Source: Catajapyx aquilonaris (Eukaryota). From it: DNA of 64,000 bases. Position 1 is the first letter of the stretch. Each line of letters begins with the position of its first letter. The stretch lies in the NCBI GenBank assembly GCA_000934665.2, contig KZ538108.1, positions 1 through 64,000 on the forward strand, read 5' to 3'. The translations under genes and the position numbers were made by a program. Under the pieces are notes generated by a model. That model was not told the DNA's origin, did not search any database, and saw nothing but the letters and a program-made list of their open reading frames with translations. Below, piece by piece: positions 12,096-21,821 of this stretch.

Positions 12096-14778
12096 TGAGT
12101 TTAGACCTGGACCCCGAGAAATCCCGGGCGAGCTCCGAGAGAGAGAGCCGTGATTTGTCGAGAGCAGTTTGTAATAATATTCCCCGGCGGCATGCAAACA
12201 CACTGTAATATGAATAGCGCAAACTGGCCCAAATTCCTGCCAGGGTGGGGTGGGTTGGAGAAGGGCAAAGCCATGTGCGTAATAATTGGGGTAGGCCCAC
12301 TACAGCAGACTGCAGTAAAGGTCAGGGAGGGAGGGGTGCGCGGGAATGAATGGGCAGGAGGGNGACAGCTAGGACAATACATGATTCCTCATTGCTCCAT
12401 ATAAGTGGGCGTCGTATGTGAGGATTGGCGTAGGTAGAGGTAGTGATTGGGGTGTGAGCAGCATCCCGGAGGAGTAAAGTGGACGGCTCCATACATGCAT
12501 CCCATCCATCGAGCGACTGCGCGCGCAGTTTCGGATGGGGAAGGAAGGGAAGGGAAGTGGGGAGAGGCGGAGGATTCTCAGAGAGAGAGAGAGAGAGGGC
12601 AGTGCTGGCTCACCATTTGAAGCACCAGCACCCAGCACCATCATCCGGCTGGAGAAAGGTCAATCTGGGTCGGGAGGCAACTGACCTGCCCTGGTCAGCT
12701 GCAGGGTATAGTGTGGTGCTGCTTTGGTTAGGAGGAGGAACAGGAGGAAAGAGGAGGTTGACCTTTGACCCGAGGAAGCCAGGATGCCTTCCGGGGCCGC
12801 CGGATCCTCGCTGACCGCCTGCTGACCTCATGCAGGATGACCCTCGCAGGTAATATGGACAGCCATTTTGCTCCACCCTTTTCGGGGATGGGCCAAAATT
12901 TTGGCAACCCCGCCGCATCCACCCCACCCCCTCCCACCAACCTCCTTTTCTCTTCTCCATGGGAAAGCATTGATCCGGACCAGACCTCCCCATCTCCCCT
13001 CCCTCCCTCCCCCTTCGCAACTACACCACTATTATCCTTACCCCCACCCTCCCCCAAACTTACACCCAATCACCCAGCCCACAAAATACCGGCAGAGAGT
13101 CACGTCCTCCATGTCTTATTCAATCAACCCTATCGACTAGGGGATGCTGCTGCCTTCTGCAGTGTAGAGGTTGCTAGAGTCGATGCTGCTGGACACCCCC
13201 CCTCCCACTTTGCCAAAATTATGGAGAGGAATCCCTGTCACGTTTTTTGGATCCCAGAGGCATTCGGAATGCAAACTGGGTGCAGCACCAGGGGGGTGAG
13301 GAGGGGGTCCTCCGGAGTGGGGTGGGAGGGACCATTGGAAAACTAGAGGGGGGGAGTTTGTCAACCACACTCAGCAGCACAGTAGTTTTAAAGGGGGGGG
13401 GGGGATTCGCAAATTTAATCACTTTTTTATTATAAAACAGCGAGGGAAAGTTCTGGACGTCTAATTAGATCCTGGGTGCACCGCAATTGGGGCGTATCGC
13501 TTCGGTTCAATGGTAAAAGCGCATTGCCGCATTATATTATCCGGCCTATAATGCGGTGCGTGCGGGGCTCACCCAATTCAAGCAAAGTGCGCAAACTGGA
13601 GGCAATTGTGCGTGGTCCCTCATAAATGTATACTTCAAAAGTTCCTCCATCTAAAGTTGCCAAATTGTGGCAACACTGCTTGGCCCCCACCCCCACGTGG
13701 AAGTAATACGATATGCCACTACCAGTTGGCGCATAGGCTGTCCCTCTGCATGCTACTGCCGCCATCAGGAGGAAAGTAGTACTAAATGCACGTTGGTGAT
13801 GAGTCACCGCGCGGACAAAGCCCACCAGCGCGTGTCTTGTCTCCATTGACGTGGGTCCCACCCTCTCTGACCGCAATGTCGAACGGGGAAAGTGAAAACT
13901 ATGGTAACTGAGTCAACACGGATATATAAGCAGACGGAGAGAACAGGGGGATCAGTAGTATGATTACAAGCTGGCAGTGCTGACGACAATAAGCTGTTGG
14001 GCCAATATCCTTGCGCAGGAAGCAATTAAATTAGAGGGCACGTACTTGAGAGTCTCTGCCTCAAAGGAAATGAAAATTGCACTTTTTTTGGCATGGGTAA
14101 GAGTCATTACTGTTTATTGGCAAGACAAGCTCTTTGGTATGCACATACTTGCCTTATAAAAACGACGAATCAAAATGAAAGACCTTCCAGTCCAGTCTGG
14201 GAAGCCATCCGTGCAAAAAAAAAATCCTCAGAGAAAATTGTCAAATCCAAAATCTCATTCCTCTTTCTGTTTTTTCTGTCGCAGCATGCTCCTTTATGTA
14301 CATACCTCGCTTTACTTTCCTGGAGATTTTTATTCCGGACCAGGAGAAACTGTGGAGGGGGTGGTTAGCGGTGTGGGGGAGGGGGCACCTTCTTCATCCT
14401 CCGTCTCCAGCAGGCTGGATGATTAGCCCAGAGATGTTTCTGGAAGAGGAGAGACAAAATCTCAGTATTTCTTTTTCATCTCAACCTTTCTGCTTCCCTG
14501 GCTCTGATTTTTCTTTTCATTTTACACTGGGTTAAGAGGAAAAGTTGAGGCTTGTGCAACCAGAGAGCGAACCTGGTGGTGTGTCCAACAGTGACTTGAT
14601 TGTTGTATATACTTTACATGTCCAGGGGCGAAGGAGGAGAGGGTGAGACGGATGAGGCGCTGACCATCCGCTGGGCCGGCGCCCAGGCGTTATGGTAAGA
14701 TTGTCGTTTTTTTAAAAAAATTATGCGGCCATTAGGATTGTTGCACGAGTATTGTTGCGAACAGGGCTCCCCCCTGCC

Positions 14779-17700
14779 ATGGCTCCCAGAGGGCGAGGAC
14801 CGGTGGTGCTGCTTGAGGAAGGAAGGAGAAGAGGAGGAGGTGCTATCTGTGGTGGAGATGCTTGGTGCTGGTGCTGTCGGTCGTGCCCGCTGCCCACCAG
14901 GAGGCAGCAGCAGCGCATCTGGCGCCGTTGCTTCCTCCTCACCTTGTTGTTGTTGCTGTTGCCCACGGGACTCCTCGCACAAGGTATCTCTTGGAAGAAA
15001 AACCCCGAGTTTGTTCATCTGGCAACCCGTTCAAGGCGGGTGACGTCATGCGCGCAACCGGCCTGTGCGCACCCGTCATATAAGGGGAAGTTTGCGCATG
15101 ACGTCACCCGGCACGTACGTGTTGCCAGATAGTTTTTTCCTCCCCGTATAAATGGATGGATTTAATGTGTAAGACGTGGCAGCGCCTGCGTGGGTGCGTG
15201 AATGATTGCCTGCCGGTCGATGGCAGTCACTTAGTGGCGCCGGCGCCTCCTCGCCACCGGTTGCTCTTCTCTCCAGGTGAGGCTGGGGACTAGTAGAGGG
15301 TGGGTGGGTGGTGGACCAAGCCAGGGGAGCATCATCATGTTGGCTGTCGGTGTGGCCTGCCTCTTCCTCCTCCTGGTCGTCTTCGTCCTTCTCATCGTCT
15401 TCCTCGGACGGTCCATCCACGTCTAGAGAGGATGCGGTGCTGCCGTGCGTGCGACCCTGTGCGTGCTGACCCTGACACCCATAGTCAGCAGCAGGGCAGG
15501 GTCGGCGGGTGATGGTGGGTGGGGGGAAGAAAATAAGCCCAGCAGATTCTCTCTCCCTATACCCCCTCCCTACACCCCCTCCCACTCCCCGGTTGCAATG
15601 GTCTCCATGGCAACACCCGGTTGACTCGGGATGGATGCCGTCGGCAGCAGCAGCAGCGACGGCAGGCGCCCGTGCACCCAACCAGCGACGTCTTCGATCC
15701 ACCCAGCATCCTCCTTTCTGCTCCTGCTCGGACCCCACCCAAAAAACCCAACCCACCCACACCCTCCAAAAAAAATATGTCTTAAGCCAACCCCGTGACT
15801 AAACATGGGAAGAGGTTTTCAATGTTTGCGTCCCCGAGTACAAATCGACATGTCTCTTTCAACTTGGGTCCATCTGTCTCTCTGCGCCTGCCAAAAGATG
15901 TGCTTTTTGTACCTCCTACTTGCCAACGCACTGTATTTTCGGCCAATCAGCGCCGGCCGACAAATTGCAATAATTTAACAGTAGGATGTGCGTGTGTAGA
16001 GAGAAAGTGCGTGAGTGTTTTTTTTTGTATATAGGATGTGCTGGGGCGATGGTGGCGAGGAGGAAATAAATATGTGGTAAGCTGTCAACACGGTGCTTTT
16101 TACCCAGACCTGTTTACGCCCTCACGATTTGAGAATCGGTCGCCAAAAATGCGGTATGGACGACCTGTTTATGCTGGCATATGCGACCTGTTTTGAGATT
16201 AGTTTGGTCGGATTGCCTTTAGTCGCACGTTTGCGACCGACAAAACGGTCGCATGCCTCCAGTCGTCCCAACTGGATCTAGGGGAGCCCATTTTTGTCTG
16301 GTCGTGCGACTAGAGGCCTGTAGCCTCGGTCGTAGGACCAAACGCGACCGACAAAAATGCGATCAGGACGACTAGAGGCATGCGACCTGTTTTTGAGATT
16401 ATATTTTGGTCGGTTTGGCGTTGTGCCTCTAGTCGTCCCGATCACATTTTTGTCGGTCGCGTTTGGTCCTGCGACCGAGGCTCAACATCGCTGCATCCCC
16501 CCCTGGTTTTCACACTTTATTTCGACTGAATTAAAAAATTTGCGCAATTAACATTTGGTTCGTTATAGAGTCGTTTGGGTTGGGCGACGGAGAGGCGCCT
16601 GAAGGAGGCCAGCACCAGAGTCCGGATGATGGTGCTGGACTCGGACCCAACGACGGAATTGGCATCTTCCTCCCCGCTCCATCGCCCACCAGGATGCCCA
16701 GTAAGAAGTTTTATCCTGAGTGTTCGGGGCAACCCTCATTGCACAATGTAGGTGAGGGTTGCCTCACTCGCAGGATGTAACAATATTTCTTCCTCCAGAG
16801 TGCGACCGCGTGTGGGTGAGTCCGACGGCGGTGGGGGTGTCGACGGTGTCCGGCGGAGTGACGAGCAGCAAGAACGGCACCTTTAAAGCGCCGCTCTTGC
16901 AGAACCCGGACGCACATTCGGCTCAGTGCGTCTACACGTTCATCGCCGGACCAGGGGAAAGAGCAGAGGTCTCCTTCACCTTATTCAGAATGAGAGGATC
17001 GCCGCCAGAGTAAGTTTGAGCCCTGGGATATCCATAGGATGTCTATGTCTTTACCGCCGTACGAGCACCGTCTTTCAGGTGCAACCACGAGTACCTGGAC
17101 CTTTACATGGAGGCCCGAGAAGGGTCACCGGGTGACCTGATCCACTCGCCTTTCGGCGGCCGGTACTGCGGGATCATACCCCCAAGAAAAAGGATCTCTC
17201 TGTACCGGAACCTGGCCCTCGGCTTCTACACCGACTTTAACACTACTTCCGACGAAGCCTTCGCCGGAAGATACGCCTTCATACCTGACGGTACGCACAC
17301 ATCAGCACTAGGTGGGCGGCACCTAACCTTTGTTCATTCCCTTGCAGGTGACTATGCAGTGGGGACTCCGGTGCCCAGAACGACGTGCTCCTTCACCATC
17401 CTGTCCAGGGTGAAGAAGACTGGTCCGCTCAAGTCCCCTACGTACCCAGGGGTGTACCCGAAGGACCTGGCCTGCGCGTACAAGTTCATCGGAAACGCAG
17501 ATCAGCGAATCAGACTCGAGTTCAGAGACTTTGACCTCTTCTACGGAGGAGCGCAGTTAGTCTCGGATTTGTCCCTATATTTGAGCCTCGGTCGCACGAC
17601 CAGGCGCTTTGCGACCGACACCGGTCGTGCGATCGAGGCCCAAATCGTCAAAGCTGCCATGTGTCTCTGTCCACAGCTGTCCGTTCGATTTCGTCAAGAT

Positions 17701-19921
17701 CTTCGACGGACCTGACCCTGAGTCTCCGCTGATTGGCACGTACTGTGGTCAGCAGCGGAACCTGGTGCTGTACTCCAGCGAGAGTACCCTCCTGGTCACC
17801 TTCACAACGCTGCCAAGGGTCACCAACACGCAGAACAGGGGCTTCCACGGGATCTACGAGTTCTCAGAGAGCTTCGTCAAACTCGGCATGTTATACACAA
17901 CAGTACCCAAACACACGAGCAGGCGTCATTTGTACCGTTTGGTCTCTCTCCAGATTTCATAGTGAAGAACGCAGGAGAGCACATCCGAGGGACAGAGTGC
18001 GACCAGAAGATCCTGAGCCGGAAGATGTCTAACGGTCTGGTGTACTCGCCCAATTACCCGTACCCGTACCTGCCCAAGATTGTCTGCAAGTACTTCATTT
18101 ACGGGATGCAGGACATGCAACATCTGGAGCGGGTCAGGATCAGGTTTGAGAAGTTCGACCTTCCTGCCAAGGACCAAAAGTAAGTCATCGGTGCACAGGG
18201 CTGTGCTGTCTGACCGCGTGTGTGACGATGCTGTTGCATTGTATAGTTGCACGGATGCGTTCCTGAAGCTGTACCTTCGGGGCCAGGAGGAACAGCAGGC
18301 GTTCGACAAGCCGGACCGCGAGTTCTGCGGACAGAAGGTGCCGCTGTCTGTGGTGTCGGATGGTCCCCGTCTGGTCCTCATCTTCAGTTCGGGAGAGGCG
18401 CAGGGTTCGGGTTTCAAGGGGAATTACACGTTCGAGACGGAGTACAGGGTCCCCGGTACCGCTGCTCCAGACGGGAGCTGCACCTTCTCCTACAGGAGCT
18501 CCAGCAGGAAGAGAGGGGACTTCAACAGCCCCAGATTCCCTGCCAACTACCCTTCGTCCACCAACTGCACCTACATCTTCCTTCCTTCGCCCAACGAGCA
18601 GGTCCGGGTCGTGTTCGACCACTTCAAGGTCCGGGCCGATCGCATCAACGATTCCGTCGGCGCTTACGGGTCAGTCGGATTTGAGCATCGGTCGCACGAC
18701 TTGTGCGACCGATGCTCACATCGTGTCGTCTTTTCCCAGGTCTCAGATGTGCCAGGAGGACTGGCTGGAGTTGTGGAACGTGTACCGGGAAGGGAGCCAG
18801 CGTCTCCTGGGGCGGTACTGCGGGCCAACCGCCCCGGGTCCGGTGGAGTCGAATCGTGGAGCGACTGGTCTCCGTGTGGTTCTTCATTCGGACGACGAGA
18901 ATGTGTACTCCGGGTTCAAAGCCCGGTACATGTTCCTGGTGGCCAAGTCCGTGTTCGGAGGTAAGGCAGCCGCTGTCCAGAGCGTACACCCCCACATGTA
19001 TAAAGTGTAAAAGAATCGGATCTATACCGTGAAGTGTGATTAGAAACCGTTTGGCCAGATTGCGGGCGGAACATCTCGGGGCAGCCCTCGGGCGTGCTCA
19101 TGTCCCCAAACTGGCCGTCCAACTACGAGGGACCCGAGAAGGGCTTGGGAACCTCCACCTGCCACTGGTACCTCTCAGCCAGACCCAAGCATCGAATCCT
19201 ACTCATCTTTGACAGTTTCGCAGTCGAAGGAGACCCTGCCAGTGAGTCTCCATCATTCTTGTATAGCTTCGTTGCGACCCTTTGTTGACCTTTTTGTGTG
19301 CAGCTCGAGGGTGCCCAGCGGCTGCTGTGCGGGTATGGCCCGACCCGGACAACCCACCGGTGGAGCTGTGCGGAGAGAGCCTTTTCCCCCACCAGCTGCA
19401 GTACCTGTCGTTGTCCAACCACATGCGGGTGTCGTTCATCGCTGCTGAGAAGGCAGTGGGTGCTGAAGGATTCAGGGCTGTCTGGACTGAAGTCAGGGAC
19501 GGTCCTGGGTGCGACGCCTTCCTCTGCGCGCGGTCAGGGTTCTGCATCGACGACCACCTCAGATGCGACCAGATGCCCAACTGCGGATTGGGGGACAGAT
19601 CGGACGAAGCCAGCTGTACGTTGCATTGTTGTATAAATGAATGATCGGTGGTCACTCTGCTGCATTTGTGTTTCAGGTGGAGGAGACAGCGACTTGAACA
19701 CTCTTCTGATGCTGGGTCTGAGCCTTGGTGTGCTGGCGGTGGTCCTTCTGGGACTGGCCGTGTGGTGCCAGAGGCAGCGTCGGAGGCGTCGGAGGCGTCA
19801 CCCTGGCCCCCCAGCCCTCCACCTGCCCCCTCCATCCAGGCTGCGCCCCCCTCCCGCCCCAGCCCCTGCCCACGTCTGCGACCACACCGGCGCCAGATTC
19901 GCCACCGTCGACAGCGTCTAG
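14779..19921 (+). CDS. Sol1: Suppressor of lurcher 1 (SOL-1)-like type I membrane protein: 4 CUB domains, LDLa, TM; ionotropic glutamate receptor auxiliary subunit family
   Basis: Exons 14779-14983 (GCCATGG start, hydrophobic FLLTLLLLLLPTGLLA), 16569-16700, 16799-17009, 17079-17290, 17348-17555, 17677-17885, 17954-18179, 18247-18669, 18740-18960, 19059-19241, 19304-19615 and 19677-19921 join in frame. CUB motifs: SPFGGRYCG, SPTYPGVYP, CPFDFVKIFDGP, SPNYPYPY, NSPRFPANYP, SPNWPSNY. LDLa: CIDDHLRCDQMPNCGLGDRSDE. The TM is followed by poly-Arg. The first two exons are less certain than the rest. Confidence 0.9.
15017..15130. repeat. Fold-back element in Sol1 intron 1, with two TGACGTCA palindromes
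   Basis: Outer inverted repeat atctggcaac/gttgccagat and inner inverted repeat cgggtgacgtcatgcgc/gcgcatgacgtcacccg. Confidence 0.75.
16105..16482. mobile_element. MITE-like element, family B (long copy plus degenerate upstream copy) in Sol1 intron 1
   Basis: 59-bp arms at 16322-16380 and 16424-16482 are reverse complements with 3 mismatches. The same sub-blocks (gcgacctgtttt, gcgaccgacaaaa, cgactagaggc) recur at 16105-16320. Confidence 0.8.
17579..17645. repeat. Family B short hairpin copy in Sol1 intron 17556-17676
   Basis: atttgagcctcggtcgcacgacc ... ggtcgtgcgatcgaggcccaaat form 23-bp arms with 2 mismatches, and the ends match the 16322 element. Confidence 0.8.
18678..18722. repeat. Family B minimal hairpin in Sol1 intron 18670-18739
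   Basis: Perfect 16-bp stem tgagcatcggtcgcac / gtgcgaccgatgctca with a 5-nt loop, extendable to 20 bp with one mismatch. Confidence 0.8.
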
Positions 19922-20190
19922 ACAACTTCTTCCACTTAATACTACCAAGGATCGACGACCATCGGGACTGCTCAAATTACACACACTACACACGTACCCT
20001 TTAACCCACCCACCCACCCCCACCCACATACTGTACGTCGTCTTCGGATTCTTATTTGTACACGGCGCACCGCAATGGAATAATAATTATACGTCTTGTG
20101 AACACACCGTCTTTCATTTTGCCTCCTTCGTCGTACCAACTTTTGTTGCATGCGGTCGCTTACGGAAGTTACAGGAATTTATTCTCTCAG

Positions 20191-20370
20191 TCGGATGTTT
20201 GTCCAACCTGATAGTATCGCCATCGACCTGAAGGTGGCAGGAATGTGCAGAGGGAGTGTGCGTCATCTACCAGTGAAAAATAGTACTATGTGGTGAATCC
20301 GCGGGGCATCTCAAATTATTGTCATACTGATTATTATAGGTTTTGCCAATTTGGCAACCGGGTTCACTAG
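20191..20370 (+). repeat. Dispersed repeat, family C, copy 2 (possible non-autonomous Helitron-like element)
   Basis: Homologous to 11942-12095. Begins TC and ends with the hairpin ttgccaa-t-ttggcaa, then CTAG (20367-20370), then T. Confidence 0.75.
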
Positions 20371-21297
20371 TTTCTAGATACTCCTGCTTAACCTGCTGGA
20401 TCAAAGGGTCGCCCAAGCCAAAGTTTCTATAGAGGCTGCTAATAATTATGATGCTTCGAGAGGCCTTGCATCATACTGGCCAAACTAGCGGTGGGCCATT
20501 TACATCTTCAAAGGGCCCTCCAAACTGCTGGGCAAAGTCCTTGAGCTTCCAACCACGCCCATGCAGCCCCAAAAATATGGTGGTTTAGTAACTGGAGGGC
20601 CCTGGCCTTGATTATAGGGACCAGTTTTCGCCCAATTTTATGCTTCGGTTTATCGCGCCTTTTGAATTTTCAGGCAGGTCTTGGCCAAGGCCGCTGCTGG
20701 TTTATTGTGGCTGCGACCTCAAAGAGAGGCGTATATGGACAGGTCAGGTCTGTTGTTGCCTCACACCTGACCGTCAACTAACAAGGTTGTAGTGCTCTCC
20801 CAACAGGACCAATGGCATGGGAACTCCGCCAATAGTGGGAGTCCGGCTTCAGGTAATCATTGACCTTTCAATAATAATAATAATCATACGCCATTGGCAT
20901 CAAACCACATTTTTTCGCAATCGTCACGTAATCTGCACAATTTATTCCGCTGCCTCGGTCGCGTACTGCTGGGCTCTCCGGTGACGATGAAAAGAGTACA
21001 GTGCATGCTTTATCTGACTAGTGTCGTTCGTAAATGGAAATCAGACGTAACACCGCAGTTGGTGACGCCAGTAACCTTCACGCTCCATTCGTTATGTCCT
21101 CCATTATACCGTATGTTGTCTTGCAGCTGGGAATGATGATCACATTCAGCTCATGACAGATAAAACGTCAACTGCAGTGCAACTATCGGGGAACAAGCCA
21201 CAGCACATGAATGAAAGAGATGACGTGGAATTTTAAAAAAATATATATTTGGTCAAAACGGAGAAGTCGTGGTAAACAAACATGTAAAACCGACTTG

Positions 21298-21821
21298 TCA
21301 ATCATCCGCCACTCCCAGCAATTTGTTCATGCACCCCGTGTACTCTTCCCAGGCAGCATGCAAGCGTGCTTGGACATCTTCCATGTCCCTTTCCAAGGTG
21401 TCCATCATATTGCGATCTACACGAGAGAACAAAGTGGGAATATTAAGTGGTGGAAAACACTATGGGTGTGTGTTTGCAGATGAGTGACCTGATGGCTGCA
21501 CGTCCAGGTTAATCACAGCATCGTTGATTGAACTCTGAATGTCCAGCAGTTGGCTGTGGCAGGCATTCTTTTCGCTGAGGAACTGTACTTCAGCCTTGGA
21601 TGCAACCCTCACGAATTCTGCCATCTCCTCTGCCGATGAGTTGTTAGGGGCTGGACCTGCTGGACAAGGAGAGTTGCAAAAAGGCCACACAGGGATGCAT
21701 TTGGATGCAACTTACACGAATTGTTTGGTGCTGCTGCGTCGTCATGTGCTGTTGGATCAGCCTCGTTCTGCTGACCAGGATCAGCTGGGGCGGCCTCTTG
21801 GTCATCGGGGGTAGACGACAT
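21298..21821 (-). CDS. Uncharacterised 131-aa protein: acidic disordered N-terminus plus two predicted amphipathic helices
   Basis: Exons 21821-21716, 21659-21489 and 21416-21298 (396 nt) are joined by two phase-1 GT-AG introns of 56 and 72 nt into an ATG-to-TGA frame: MSSTPDDQEAAPADPGQQNEADPTAHDDAAAPNNSSGPAPNNSSAEEMAEFVRVASKAEVQFLSEKNACHSQLLDIQSSINDAVINLDVQPSDRNMMDTLERDMEDVQARLHAAWEEYTGCMNKLLGVADD. Confidence 0.75.

Noticed and set aside
15076..15762. 228-aa minus-strand ORF with acidic run
   Set aside because: Low complexity, GTG start, antisense to the Sol1 intron, and no splice or family support.
17291..17347. Stop-free 57-nt in-frame intron read through by the ORF track
   Set aside because: Canonical GT-AG sites and typical size; treated as an intron, with no evidence for retention.
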